Assembly: GCF_001194135.2 (NCBI RefSeq)
Contig: NC_068985.1
Location: 17,736,728 to 17,800,696 of the forward strand
Direction: 5' to 3'
From: Octopus bimaculoides
Taxonomy: Eukaryota
Length of the DNA stretch: 63,969 nt
In this document: positions 39,373 to 53,747 of the stretch, one piece after another
Numbering within the stretch: the stretch's first letter is position 1
Layout of the letters: every line of letters starts with the position of its first letter
Translations under genes and position numbers: made by a program
Notes under the pieces: generated by a model
Seen by the model: the letters and a program-made list of their open reading frames with translations, nothing else
The model's database searches: none
What the model was told of the DNA's origin: nothing

Positions 39373-41004
39373 ATTAAACGTAAGGTATACAATGATATTT
39401 CTTAAGTATTGAACTATATGATACAGTAAAGATTATTAGTTACAGATACGACAGGCTTCCAAGCAGGTTCCGCCTACTACATTCCACTCACAACATATTG
39501 GCCAATCCAGTAGCAGAAGACACTTGTTTAAGGAGCTGCTCAGAGGGGATTGAATAGGAACTTAACCACATAAATCATAATTTTACTCTGAAAACACACG
39601 TCATAGTGTTTTCCACTCTTCTAGAGAAATCGTTTGTTGGGACTCGTAACTAATGAGCAATTGTATTCTATTTAGATTGGCCTCTTCTTTAAAGTATCAA
39701 ATACAATAAAATAATATCGTTTTACCATCATATTCTTGCAGAGTATTACTTGAGACTTGGGAGGCTGGTAGAACAGCAACAATTATACTGTCTGTTTAAA
39801 TTCCTGCAGTTATTAATTTACCTCTTTTTTTTTATGTTCTAAGTTCAAATCCCACAATGAAGGGTTTGCTTTTCATTCCAATAGTAAGGATAAAATAAGT
39901 ACCAAACAGTGTATTATTTAATTGATAATAATGAGTTAAGTGAAACTACTGCAACCTTACAGTTTGGTACATTGCCAAGAAAGAAAGAAAAAAAAAAACC
40001 CAAATTGCTCTTAACGTTCAACGTTCACTCCTTATACTTGTTATCAATACTCCATATTTTACAGCTTAAAAACAAATCTCTTCTAGGATTACACTTTTGC
40101 TCTTGAATAAACTTGGTGCGAAAAAGAAAAACGAACGTTTCCTAGTTGCTGGCGGGAAGTAATTTCCTCCATGTGTTGTAGGTTGTGTTTTACCAGTACA
40201 ACATTTTCACGACTTCTGTCAAGTCATGTTGGGGTTACTGCTTTACGGAACTCGATAGAATATGGGTGTGGAGAGATATAAAAGAATCGTGCTTATCGTT
40301 TCTTTGGTTGTTTCGGACAGATGACTAGCCAACCACGGTTGTTCTATGATCATGTGGTATCAAATTTATTATTATTTAGTTTGAGGAAGATAAGCAGTCT
40401 CTCTCGCCTTTGCAGACACTCCCAGAAGGGTGGGGTTGATGTGGGATATATTCACCTTGAATGTCTGTAGGTTGATGCATGTAAAGAAAAAAATACGTGG
40501 GCAATGAAAATGTTCTTGTAGCGTGCAGTGGTAAGAAGGCTTGAGCAGTTTGGGAGTGAAACATTAAGGATGATGAAGAAGAAAGGTGTTTAATCGGATG
40601 GATATAACGCCTTTGATGAGGGTGGTAGGCAGATAGTTAGTTCAGTGAAGTAGAAATCGTTTAGTAGAAGATATAGAACAGAAAGAGAGGAATAAACAAC
40701 GCATATGTGAGTGAGTGGTTGTTGCTTGTGTTGATGTGTGGAACTTTGCCAATGAATTGGGAGGTCTGCTTGGCGATGCAGTTCGAAATGATTATGAATG
40801 AAACCGCAGTGACGTTTCAAATATTTAAGAAGCACTCTAATGTCGGCCGCACTCAGGGTATTTATAGTCTAGGTTTCAGGTGAGAGCCCTATGATTTATC
40901 ATCTGACTCTGTAGTGTCTTTGAGGGCGAGAGCTTTATTACGCAATACCTTTAAAAAGCGTATCAGTTGCTTTAGAATAATTATGTGGTTTATTTTTCTG
41001 ACAG

Positions 41005-41345
41005 GTGCTGGCATGGCTGTGTGGTTAAGAAGCTCACTTTCCAACCACATGGTTTCTGGTTCAGTCCCATTGTGCAGTATCTTGAGTAAGTGTCTCTACT
41101 ATAGCATTGCGAGTGAATTTGGTAGGTGGAAACTGTATGGAAGCCCGCCATGAGTGTATATATCTGTGTCTAAGCCTTTGACAATCGGTGTTGGTTTGTT
41201 TACGTCTTCGTAATACAGCGGTTCGGCAAAAACGAACCGATAGAATAAATACCACACAGAAAATTAAGTACTGGGGTCATTTTGTTCGACTTAGACTTTT
41301 TAAGACGGTGCCTTAGCATAACCGCAGTCTAATGAGTGAAAAATG
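41005..41345 (+). mobile_element. SINE family A copy
   Basis: GGCATGGCTGTGTGGTTAAG head through AATGAGTGAAAAATGAAAAAA tail. Confidence 0.8.
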
Positions 41346-41404
41346 AAAAAAAGATAGCTACGAAAAGACCACCTTGTACAGCTCCCGCTGCTTCTACATC
41401 GACT

Positions 41405-41786
41405 ATCACCGTCGTCGTTGGCACTCCGTCGCTTACGACGTCGAGGGTTCCAGTTGATCCGATCAACGGAACAGTCTGCTCGTGAAATTAACTGAGCACT
41501 CCACAGACACGTGTACCATTAACGTAGTTCTCGGGGATATTCAGCGTGACACAGTGTGACAAGGCCGACCCTTTGAATTACAGGCACAACAGAAACAGGA
41601 AGTAAGAGTGAGAGAAAGTTGTGGTGGAAGAGTACAGCAGGGTTCGCCACCATCCCCTGCCGGAGCCTCGTGGAGCTTTAGGTGTTTTCGCTCAATAAAC
41701 ACTCACAACGCCCGGTCTGGGAATCGAAACCGCGATCCTATGACCGCGAGTCCGCTGCCCTAACCACTGGGCCATTGCGCCTCCAC
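41405..41786 (-). mobile_element. tRNA-headed SINE (family D variant 2), CpG-intact
   Basis: Minus: GGAGGCGCAATGGCCCAGTGGTTAGGG..GGTTTCGATTCCC head; 3' GATCAACTGGAACCCTCGACGTCGTAAGCGACGGAGTGCC. Confidence 0.85.
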
Positions 41787-41818
41787 ACATCAACTATATT
41801 GTTATCTAAACCTTCTAA

Positions 41819-42718
41819 CCCTTTAGCATGCAGATTACTCTGTCACATTTAATACTTATTAATTCGCATTGTTTTGAATTCATCATGCATGAGAAAATCT
41901 CCGTTTATCGAGCTGCCTGTGTATCGATCCTCCTGTACGGGTTTGATGCCTTTATCGGCACCAGATCAGGCAACCGGAAACATTCCATATCAGATCGCTC
42001 CAAAGCATCCTCATTTTCACGCGGAAGGACAAAGTGCCTCATGCTGAAATCCTCCTGAAGTCTGAGATCTACAGCGTTGACCCTGCATCCTCCGTCGTCT
42101 TTTTAGCAGGGCCGGGCCATGTAATTCGGATGCCAGGTAACCGACTCTCAAATATGGTCCTCTTCAGCGAGATCAAGATTGGAAGTAAGCCTCATGGACG
42201 TCTAAAACTTCGTTTTCATGATAATATCAAGCGGCCTCGCATTTTATGCAGTGTCCCTCCCAATCAGTTGAAGCTCCTGGTTGTTAATCGGAATGCATGG
42301 GTGGGAGGGCGTGTCATGCTGGAGTAGAGCGCTTTGGAATCGAACGCAGGAGACTGCATGAAGAGAGGAAGAGACGTCGTCATTAAATCCTTGTGGCTAT
42401 TGTTCAGAGTCATTTTCGATGCCCTCAGTTTCACAGGATCTCCCTATCGGTCTTGTCAACCACGTTCGCTCTCATGAGAAGCAATGCGCTAGTGACGGAG
42501 GAGGATGAGTGTCTTGGCTCGACCCTGTCATCATATTTGACGGACTGTCATAAGCAAATAAGTAAGCATCGCATAGCTTCGAGATTTCGATGATGCGACT
42601 GCTTAGTTTTAGAATGGCATTATAGGACAGGTGTGAGGTGCCAACCAACCTTGGCCGCTATATACATAAAATAGGTAGAATATTTGGGCCAGAAATGTTC
42701 AGTTTAAACTCTAAAGGG
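41819..42718. mobile_element. piggyBac-type MITE split by an RTE insertion
   Basis: TIRs CCCTTTAG (41819) / CTAAAGGG (42711-18) with degenerate TTAA flanks (CTAA, TCGA). Confidence 0.6.
41891..42569 (+). mobile_element. 5'-truncated RTE-clade LINE 3' end
   Basis: KISVYRAACVSILLYG..GHVIRMPGNRLSNMVLFSEIKIG.KPHGRLKLRFHDNIK; C-terminal CPQ..IGLVNHVRSHE; GCAT on both flanks. A related tail fragment lies at ~37820-37925. Confidence 0.85.
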
Positions 42719-43450
42719 TCGAGCCATCTGCTATATTCTCACTTTCCACTGTTTTATTCTTGGCACACTGTCCTTGGCCAGTTTTTCTTATTAAGTTCAA
42801 GCATCACAAACCATTTCAAAAGACCTCAAAAACAATCTTATTAAGGAGTCTTAATATGGTCGATCCACCTGCAAGAAATAACTGTGAAATCTATCTGAAA
42901 TCAAAACGGCTTTCATTTTATAGAAGAAAGAACACACTCGAAGGGCTGGATGATTAATGTAGTTCTAAACATTAACCCTTAAATACGTGATGGCTATATA
43001 TGAAATACTTTTGATCGTAGGTTTTATCACACGGAGCTGACCAGGGGTTGCTTAACCATCACCACAAAACCAACAAAGACAGTAAATGTTACTTTTCCTC
43101 ACCATATAATTATTTAAAATTAACATTTTAATACTCATCTCATTAAATATAATAACAGTAACTCAACTATAGTAGTTATTTTTCACGTAGATGGGAAGTC
43201 TGAAAAGCAATTTTTCTGACTGATTATTTATTTTGCATGCAATAAAATATAGTTATCAGAAATTATTAACGACGGAAGTAGTATTAATATCAAAAGGTAA
43301 TCTTTATATCCAGCTTAACATGGATGTCTTGTTAGAACACCAAATACTGTGTTATAATGAAAACGTATATATTTACCTACTTTATTATCTACTACACAAG
43401 TACGTTTCTTTCTTTTTTTCTGATTCATGAAAACACTGGAAAACCATTTA

Positions 43451-44057
43451 CAGTACCGTGCAAAAGTCTTCGGCCACATTAAGCTACAGTAAATTTCTAC
43501 TAATTACCAACTTTCACATTACTGTACATTGCTAATATTTCGTGTGGCTTCCCATAGCTTGGATAATTGTTTCAATGCACCTAGGAAGAGATGCGTACAA
43601 ATCCTTCGTCTTCACAAGTATGAGATGCCATCGTCTGTGACTGAGCTCCCGCAACTCTTCAAGATTGTGCGGATTCTTCGGACGAACACTTCTCTTTAGT
43701 TCTGTCCACATTTGCTCGATGATATTTGAGTCAGCGCTCTGAGCTGTCCAATCTTTCAATACGGTAACACGTCCATCAGCTAGACTGTTGTGTTGCATGC
43801 GATCTGTGGCATGGAGCTCCATCATGCTGAAAAATCTCACCTTCATCCAAGTCTGGTATCAAATTGTCCTTCAGCAACTAGATGTATTTGGCACTATTCA
43901 AGTTACCGTCAATTTTAATCAACTTTCTCGAACCATCACTTTTTATGTATTCCTAAAGCATCAGACTCATACACCCAAACTTCACTGTTTTCGTTGTGTA
44001 ATGTGGGTCGTTTCGCTTTCTTGGAGGCCTTCTCACAAATTCTCGTACCCTATGTGG

Positions 44058-44060
<3 letters not shown>
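43451..44060 (-). mobile_element. Tc1 transposase C-terminal part with one TIR
   Basis: TA|CAGTACCGTGCAAAAGT terminus; FQHDGAPCH, WTAQSADSNIIEQMWTELK, LYASLPRCIETIIQAMGSHTKY. Confidence 0.9.
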
Positions 44061-45041
<981 letters not shown>

Positions 45042-45068
45042 ATACATACATATATACATACATACATA

Positions 45069-46285
45069 TATTGGGTTGGCAACTAAGTTCCCGCTGTTTT
45101 TTCAAGTTTTGGAATCTATTTTTTTCGAGAATTCTATTTTTGAATCATTTTGGAATCTATATTTTTTCTAGTTAATTTTAGTTAATTTTTGTTTATTTTC
45201 AGATCATTAAAATGGAATGTCAAGTTAAGAAAGGCGAGTATTTTCGACACCTCCTTTTTGCTGCACGACAACGACCGCTCTCATATCACTAATATGACCA
45301 AGGAAGCCATTCAAACACATGGCTGGGAAGTGCTGTCACACTCGCTGTACTCTCCTGATTTGGCACCAACGGATTTCCACCTTTTTCTATCTCTTTCAAA
45401 TGTTATGCGCGGAGCTTCGTCCAATGCTGATGCAGAATTGAGAGCTTGGTTGGATCAATTTTGCGGGTCGAAATCGGGTGATTTCTACCAACGAGGTATT
45501 GAAAATCCTGTTGAATGTTGGGAAGAAGTTGTAAACATCTCCATAAGTTCGGTCTTGTGAGCAGATGCTGCCGAGAAGCTTCTCGTGAATTGACCAATAA
45601 TCAGGCTCAACAACAAATGAACATCTTGAAACTACTGGCAAATCCTCAAGATGCTCGTTTTTGGTGTCGAATTATAACCGAGGATGAAAAAAATCCTAAT
45701 AAGAGAAATCAGCGGCTTCGTTCAGGCCAGGCTTCAAAAGCTTATGTCAAATGAGGATGGTTTGAACAGAAGGTCATTTTGAGTGTATGGTGGAACTTCG
45801 ATGGCTATGATGTGAACACTAACCTTTATGTTCAACGACTGCAGCAAATATATGATGCTTTGAAAGTTCGCAACCCGGCATTGGTCAATCGAACACGTGC
45901 ACTCACGCAGCATGACAATGTTCCAACAGACACTGCGAATATGATCGAACACAAGCTTGAAGGGCTGAAAGTGCTGCCCTACCCTGCCTACAATCCAAAC
46001 CTTGTACCATCGGTTTATTACCTTTTCCGAGCCATGGCTCATTTCCTGCAGGGAGGAATGTTCAACAATGTGGATGAGGTTGAAAACGAATGCAGGAAGT
46101 TTTTTTTTTGCCTCCAAACAAGCTAAATGGTATAAAAGTAGAATTGAATTGATGGCACCACGATGGCTACAGACAATAGTATATGAAGGGATATATTTTG
46201 ATGAATAAACGCTTTTCGTGTTTAGTTTGTTTGAACTGTTAATTAAGTTTGAAATAGGAAGAAAAAACTTTTGACTCAATCAGAT
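45069..46285 (+). mobile_element. Chimeric mariner (DD34D-type) element
   Basis: TA|TTGGGTTGG terminus; ATG at 45212 (MECQVKKGEYFRHLLF); a foreign catalytic fragment LLHDN..YSPDLAPTDFHLF (45256-45537); then the host's IITEDEK, KVILSVWW, QHDNVP, YNPNLVPSVYYLF to a stop at 46208. Confidence 0.85.
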
Positions 46286-46636
46286 ATATATGCGCAGTAT
46301 AGCTGAATGTTTAAACAGTTCGCTTCGCGTGGTATCTTGGGCAAATGTCATTTCCTATAGCCTCGAGTAGACCCATATCTTGTAAGCGAAATTGGATGCA
46401 CGAAAAGTGTATAGAAGTTTGGCGGGTGGTATAGCCTTGTTATACACTGTATCGCGCTGATTTTGCCGGAGAATTACACGGTAATTCAGGAGCAGATTAT
46501 TCAGTTGATCGAGCAACTGAATGTTCATCGCGAACGACGGAGAACCAACATCGTTATATATATATATATATATGTAACCTCGTGGGCATCGGTGCCGATT
46601 TTTTCTTCCTCCGTTTTTCCATTCTTTGAACTTTCC

Positions 46637-46675
46637 GTCTTTCCGACGAAGGGCTCCGCCCGAAACGTCATACTT
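46637..46675 (+). ncRNA. Hammerhead-like motif in a Penelope-type terminal repeat
   Basis: GTCTTT-CCGACGA-A-GGGC TCC GCCC-GAAAC-GTC; U4C variant, stem I 3' side decayed. Confidence 0.5.
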
Positions 46676-46854
46676 TCTCTTTCCTTTCCCGAGCGTCTAA
46701 TAACACTATCCGTATCACGTCCTCACTTTGTTGTTTTTTGTTATTGTTTTTTGAACTTATATATATAATGGATTTACAAATACAATATTCCTACATTCAC
46801 TCTCTATTTCCTATCTTATCTAAACTAACTATTGCTTAACCATCCTCTCACACC

Positions 46855-46902
46855 GTCTCCGATGAAGGGATATAATAAATATCCTGGAAACAGCTGTAAG
46901 AC
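46855..46902 (+). ncRNA. Minimal type-I hammerhead with palindromic stem-III loop
   Basis: GTCT-CCGATGA-A-GGGATAT AATAA ATATCCT-G-GAAAC-AGCT-GTA-AGAC; stem I GTCT/AGAC, GUA triplet, AGCT palindromic loop. Confidence 0.6.
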
Positions 46903-47137
46903 CTATTTATAAATGTTCTATATTATACACAACCTTGGTTTTTTTTATTTTTTATCTCATTACAAAAAGTAAATCCGGCATACTATTCCTTTCAGCCATT
47001 TCTGAAGATTGCCGGAGTTGATTCTAAAGTTTTGGTGTGAAACCAATTGGTAATTTGGTATAATAATAATATTTCCACTTAGTTACGCAGTACGTAATAT
47101 GAGTGCTTGTTTTTTTTTTCTGACTGATGGATTTTAG

Positions 47138-47175
<38 letters not shown>

Positions 47176-47184
47176 CAGATGTCT

Positions 47185-47246
<62 letters not shown>

Positions 47247-48239
47247 CACACACACACAATGTTGATATTTTCGAAAGCAGCTGGTGATTAATCCAAAACT
47301 CATTCGGGTCGTTGCAGCATTAAGATACTGTTGACTTTGTCTTCTTACAGTATATAGTGCCCCGAGTTTAACTACCATAACAGCTATTTACAGAGACGAA
47401 CCGTCAACTTCTTTCGTCCGGCAAATCTAATATCTGGTTCACTTGTTTCGCCGTAAATCACCGAAAACAACAAATTAACCAGGAGAAAATAATATAAATA
47501 TACAAAATACCCATCGTTCGTGAACCTTTAAATGATTTAAAGTGTTCTCGTTCTCAAAATAACAGTTAACTTTTCACCAGCATCTACAACGCTTCGGACA
47601 AGCACTGATAAATACAAACTGAAGGTTAGCTTGACCGCAAAAACTAGATGCAGGCAGCTTGTAGGACTATTTTTAGTACAAAATGTACATTGCCTTGGTG
47701 GATCAAAAATTGAGAAAAATACAAAAATAAAAAAAATTTGCAGTAATTTATTTAAATTGATTCTTTTGAATTTGGTAAATTACCAAAGTACGAGACCCCA
47801 CATTAGTGTTTAACGCATCGAAATATGAATATTATGTTAAACATCAATAATAACCCATTTTTCGATCACTATTATTAATTAAATTGAGCCAATTAAGAGA
47901 GTTACTTCGTGTTGCCGTTTTGTTTATATGCCACTTATGAAGTAGCTACTTGTTTTTGTTTGTTGTAGCCGTCAAAAACATACTTTTGTAATAGCATATC
48001 ATTATTATTATTATTATTATTATCATTATTATTATTATATGTGTTTTCACTTATTGGCAAGTTTCACTCGCGCTTAAACGACCTAAAACATTTTCTGTCC
48101 AATGAAATTAAAAATAAGAACAAATATCTCGGTCAGATCGCGTAATTTTCATCCTTTACTTCATCTCCTCACTTAACTATTTTCCAACTTCGTGTATTTA
48201 TTTCTACATTTGTAGACATAAATAAAACACAGGTTCTTT

Positions 48240-49170
48240 CACATACTAAACACGCACACATACGTACGTACATACTAAACACGCACACATACGTACGTAC
48301 ATACTAAACACGCACACATACGTACGTACATACTAAACACGCACACATATGTACGTACATACATACACGCACACACGTACGTACATACATACACGCACAC
48401 ACGTACGTACATACATACACGCACACACGTACGTACATACATACACGCACACACGTACATACATACATACACACGCACATACGTACGTACATACATACAC
48501 ACGCACATACATACATACACACGCACATACATACATACACGCACACACGTACGTGCATACACACACACGTACGTGCATACACACACACGTACGTNNNNNN
48601 NNNNTTAGATGCATACGCACATACGTACTTAGATGCATACGCACATACGTACTTAGATGCATACGCACATACGTACTTAGATGCATACGCACACGTACGT
48701 ACATACATACACGCACACACACACACACACACGTACATACATACGTACGTACACATACGTACGTACATACATACACACGTACGTACATACATACACACAC
48801 GTACGTACATACACACACGTACGTACATACACACACGTACGTACATACACACACGTACGTACATACACACACGTACGTACATACACACACGTACGTACAT
48901 ACACACACGTACGTACATACACACACGTACGTACATACACACACGTACGTACATACACACACGTACGTACATACACACACGTACGTACATACACACACGT
49001 ACGTACATACACACACGTACGTACGTACATACACACACGTACGTACGTACATACACACACACACATATACATACGTCCATACATACATACACACATATAC
49101 ATACGTCCATACATACATACACACATATACATACGTCCATACATACATACACACACACACATATACATCA
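48240..49170. repeat. Compound microsatellite array (ACGT/ACAT/CA-based, with 24-28 bp higher-order units)
   Basis: Visible repeats, e.g. ACATACTAAACACGCACACATACGTACGT x4, TTAGATGCATACGCACATACGTAC x3, a 16-bp unit repeated more than 12 times. Confidence 0.95.
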
Positions 49171-49270
49171 TTTTATATTGAAGGGATTAATTTAGAATTG
49201 TACGAATACATGTTCATATTTTTAAAACTAAACGGAGACAAATTATGTATGAGAAAAAAAAAATCAAGAA

Positions 49271-49361
<91 letters not shown>

Positions 49362-51758
49362 ACACACGCGTTTCTTTGTAATGTATACTTTCTTCTCACA
49401 CTCAGTTACGCGCGCAACCTACACACTACCAGAAAGCACGTTGTCTCCAATTTCTATCACACTCATCAATGCTTTTTCTCTTATTCAAGCTAATTTTGTT
49501 TTTAGCTTACGCCATACCCTCCAAAGCCTATCCTATATTATCGTACATCCTCTCTTAAATAAATACTATTTCACAAAATTATTTTTATAAGCATAAACTT
49601 ACTCAGTTTCTTTTCTCTTTTCATCATTTTCGTGATCAGAAAGTAAAATATGTTGATATGGTTTCGTATAATCGCTAGTACATACCATATGACAATCCTA
49701 CAGTTGTATAATTAATTTAAGTAGTATATTTGTAATATTTCTACGACTTAGTCACACAGAAGGAAGGGCAGTACCCATGAGCTTTCGGCAGGACCTCCGA
49801 GGCGAGTGAGAGGGGATAAAACCGGAAATATGGTCCGAATGATTGCGACGGAGATGGGGCTCAACTTAAGACACCCACGGACCAAAGTAGTGGTGTTGAA
49901 CCGGGCAAAAGATTATGTCCGTAAATTTATTGAAATGGTTCTGTATCAACGTAAAAAGAATCATTATATGAATTTAATGTAATATATTTGTGCTTGAAAC
50001 AAAATCACGGAGAATGATGGAAATATATTGTGAATGACACCAGGTCACCTAGTGTCACTAATAATAGGAGAGTACCAAGAATAATACATCCGTATGTTTG
50101 GTAATGGTAATCCAAACGTCTTCAAAACTTGAAATTTGTAGTGTAATCGTCTTTTGAAATTTACCACTTCTAAATGGAAGAACTAGTTTATCATTACTGA
50201 ATAGAAAATATAATTATTACACTTGTGTTCGTGCACCACAGTTTGATTGATGGTATATTAGGAACACATCAACCTCATTTTATACTTCATTAAAAAGCAA
50301 AAGAAAAACCCAAATAAATTGAACATAGAATCTTACCGAAACCTCCAAAAATATATCAGTGAACATCGTGAGAAAGTATCAGAACTTTTCTGCCACACTA
50401 GTACAATCCTACTGCGTAAATAAACTGTAATGACAAGACAATGTGACTTTCCTAAAAACTCGAGGTTGTGCAAAAGCGATAAATGATTATAAGTATACTT
50501 ATGGATGTTCATTGCCGGAAAAAGAGTTTTGATCTAGGTGTGGTATGTACAGATTGTTGCTAGAGAGAAGCGAAACAAAACGGACTCGACATTTTGTCTT
50601 GTAATATAAACATGATTTCCGTATATGAAGGAGTATCGGATATCCTTTTTCATGAGGTCACTTATATCATCATTATTCGAAATCACAGTGGACATTGTCT
50701 CGTCATTAAATATAGAAGCTAATAATTTTTTTCCCTCCTATTTTGTACGCGGAAACATTTAGAACGTTTGAATTAATACTATAATGACAAAGTGCATTTG
50801 GTTTAGGGTTTTATCACATTATAACTCAATTGGCATTCACTGTAACTAGAAATTGGAAATATTAATAACATTATACGCTTCACAGTGACATGTACAAATA
50901 AATGAGTTATAAGGAAATTGACCAAATGGCTTGAAATATTTCATATGCAGTTATGCCCATCAGTTAGCTATATATGATGTATATGAGATAACACTGGGGG
51001 AATAATGTAGTTAAGATAATCGGTATAGAAAAGATACACGGATGGGTTGAAAGGCAACAACAACTTGTTGAAAGCGTAAAAATATGACCGTCCATCATGA
51101 AGTTACTTCGGAAACTATCTACTTTATTTCAGACCCGGAAGAAGCGAGATGAATTTCGAATAGACAGACAAAAATTCTAATTTCGTAAGTGCCTAAAGGC
51201 ATTTTGTACGTATTAACCATAAAAGCTTTGCTGAAAGGAAAAGGTGGACAGCAGGGAATTAAAAGATCTTGTTTACCAGGAATTTTGATTCGATGTAATC
51301 TTTGGTAAGCGCGGCGACATCTCTGAAGTAATTTATTGTCATTACGTTAAGTTCTCATGCTAATTTCTTGTGCATGTATGGATATATATATATATATATA
51401 TGTATGTAAGGTCACTATTTGTGCTACTGGTAACATGTAACCCAGTAAACCCTGTCGCATGATCTGGCTGTCGGTACCTAGACCTGCAGCCCTACCAAAC
51501 CTGCTTCGTAAGGAGAGTGGTTTTAGTTGGACACAATACAGGATAAAAAGCAAAGCCTGCCAAAGGACAAATGAACTCAGTAGAGTCAACGGCCATACGA
51601 AAGCTGGGAGTGAAAGACTCCAAATCTTTGTTCTCTCTCTCTCGGAAAAGGAAAACTGATGTAATACCTGCGGTTATGTCTGCATCTAATGATGTTGACT
51701 ACTACTCCTTTTTGGACAAATTCGAGTACGTTGTTTAAAGAACAGGATTGGCTTTGTG

Positions 51759-51907
51759 CAGGGCCGGTCTCAGAGTTACTGGCACCTTGGGCAAGCTGAA
51801 CTTCGGCATGTACAAGCTGATGGTCGTAGAAATTTCTTTGTCTTTGTCACGCCCTCCTTGGCGATCCGGGTGACTTCCCGAGTTGCCGGTACCTTAAGTC
51901 GGCCCTG
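51759..51907. mobile_element. 149-bp hAT-type MITE with perfect 8-bp TSD
   Basis: TSD GCTTTGTG at 51751-58 and 51908-15; TIR CAGGGCCG / CGGCCCTG. Confidence 0.9.
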
Positions 51908-53747
51908 GCTTTGTGCAAGGCCTTTTCTCACTTTAAAAAGTTCCAGGCACAAGCATCACTTAATTCTTAACACCTCTTATGTGTTTCTTACTATAGCTGA
52001 CCGTAACTGAAAAACAAAGCACTGAATGAAAATTTCCACGAGAGAATGGAGGCATGTGCCAGCATAGGTGGAATCTGTCTGAAAACCTGCTACAAGAAGT
52101 ATCAATCGTTGCTACATCCGTGCAAAAGACCGCAGGACAAAGAAGATCCTTGTTATTTTAAGAGAACAATCAAACGATGATATGGCTCTAATTCAAGTTG
52201 CAGTCATCATGAATATGTATGTATGTATGGATGGATGGATAGTTCTGGTAGGCACTGGAAAAAGCTTTGCTTTGCATCACTGAAAAGGTCAAATAATACC
52301 AAAACATATCCAGAGTTGCTTCTCCGCGGACAAAGATCAAATTAAATTAATGTTAGTCTTCCACCTTAAATTTATTTCTTTATTTCCAGCGTGCGAAATT
52401 CAAATTTTAATTAATTTAGATTTATGAGTTGCTGCCTTTTTACCTGCAAAAGTAATTTTAATTGAGTTGTTTTTTCTCTTTGCTCTCTACATTAAATGTA
52501 TTAGCACTAATTCAACTATTTTATTTTATGCGGATGGTGTCCTTAGGCAATAGCTCCTCGGTAACATCTTTCCTTAGATCTTCAACTTCTGATGGCGCTG
52601 TCGTGACATGTATATTTTGGGGCACTTTTAATACCTGACACTCATTCTTGATGCGAAATTGTGTAGTTTATTTTTCTTACAGGCGCTGGCATGTGTTCAA
52701 ACCCTTGCCAGGTTTGAACACAACTGGTTTCTTCCATCACCAGCGGGGAGATGAATAGCAGCTATTTCTAGTGGTCGAGCGTCTATCATTGACAAGACCA
52801 AGGAAGGTCGAAATCACGTGATCTGGTGGTCTTGGTGCTGGGGATGGCGGAGATTTATCTCCTTGCTAGTGATATAAATAAGAGAGCATTTTGCACCAAA
52901 AGCCAATACGAGAGTTTCCCCTCATGGTAACTACCACAGTATAGTTTATCCCAACAGAACATCCATGTTTAAGTGGGGATAAATATTACCTGTCGGTAAT
53001 AAAGTAACAACTCAACTTGTACTTTACTTATCATCCCCGAAATAATGAAAGGCATAGTTGATTGGGTGGGATTTGACTCCAGAGCGCTAACGACTCTGAT
53101 AACTCATCGCTTGAGAACCAGTAAAGCGGGGTTCACATGATTTTGTTGCTAAGGTACATGTACAATAAATTAGTTGTACTTCTGCCGCAGACAAAATATC
53201 TTAACTTTTTTAAAAATACAATTCCTAATATTTAATTATAAAAGTATAACGGATTTTTTTTAAAAAATCGAGTGGTTATGGGGGGGGGGACCAGTAGAGC
53301 AAAAGATAAATCAAAAGGGTCCACAGGGAATAAATGGTTGAGAACCACTGGCTTAAACAAACGAATGAAAGCTTTTTGACACATTCTCATTCTCTGCGAG
53401 CGTGTTTGGTTATCATAGGGAAGGAAGGAGTGTTCATACGTTACTACAATGTGTAATTCATTGCATATTAATATATTCGAAGGGAGGAGAAAAGGTTAAC
53501 TTGATTTTCGGCCACATATGTTACAGACTACTCTATATAAATAAATGCTAGTGTGTTAATAATGAGCGGGTAGATAAATAGAGAGATAGACAGCACTGAT
53601 TAAGTCGGCTCGGTAAAAATATCTTTTGGGAGCTGTGGGTTAGATAAAGGGGTGGTAGCTGTATTTTTGATGAGCTCGCGTTTAAAAGAGGCTGTATTGT
53701 TTTAGATTAGAGATTCATGTGCGTGCGTGTGTGATATTGAAGGTGTG

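Noticed and set aside
41700-41786. tRNA-like sequences here and at 14455, 17813-17876, 38770-38845, 53748
   Set aside because: A/B boxes are present but there is no complete cloverleaf, and each runs into a repeat body; SINE heads rather than tRNA genes.
52692-52722. 12-bp perfect hairpin TGTGTTCAAACC/GGTTTGAACACA and nearby possible transposase-like words
   Set aside because: An isolated short hairpin; flanking translations do not give a consistent frame or strand.
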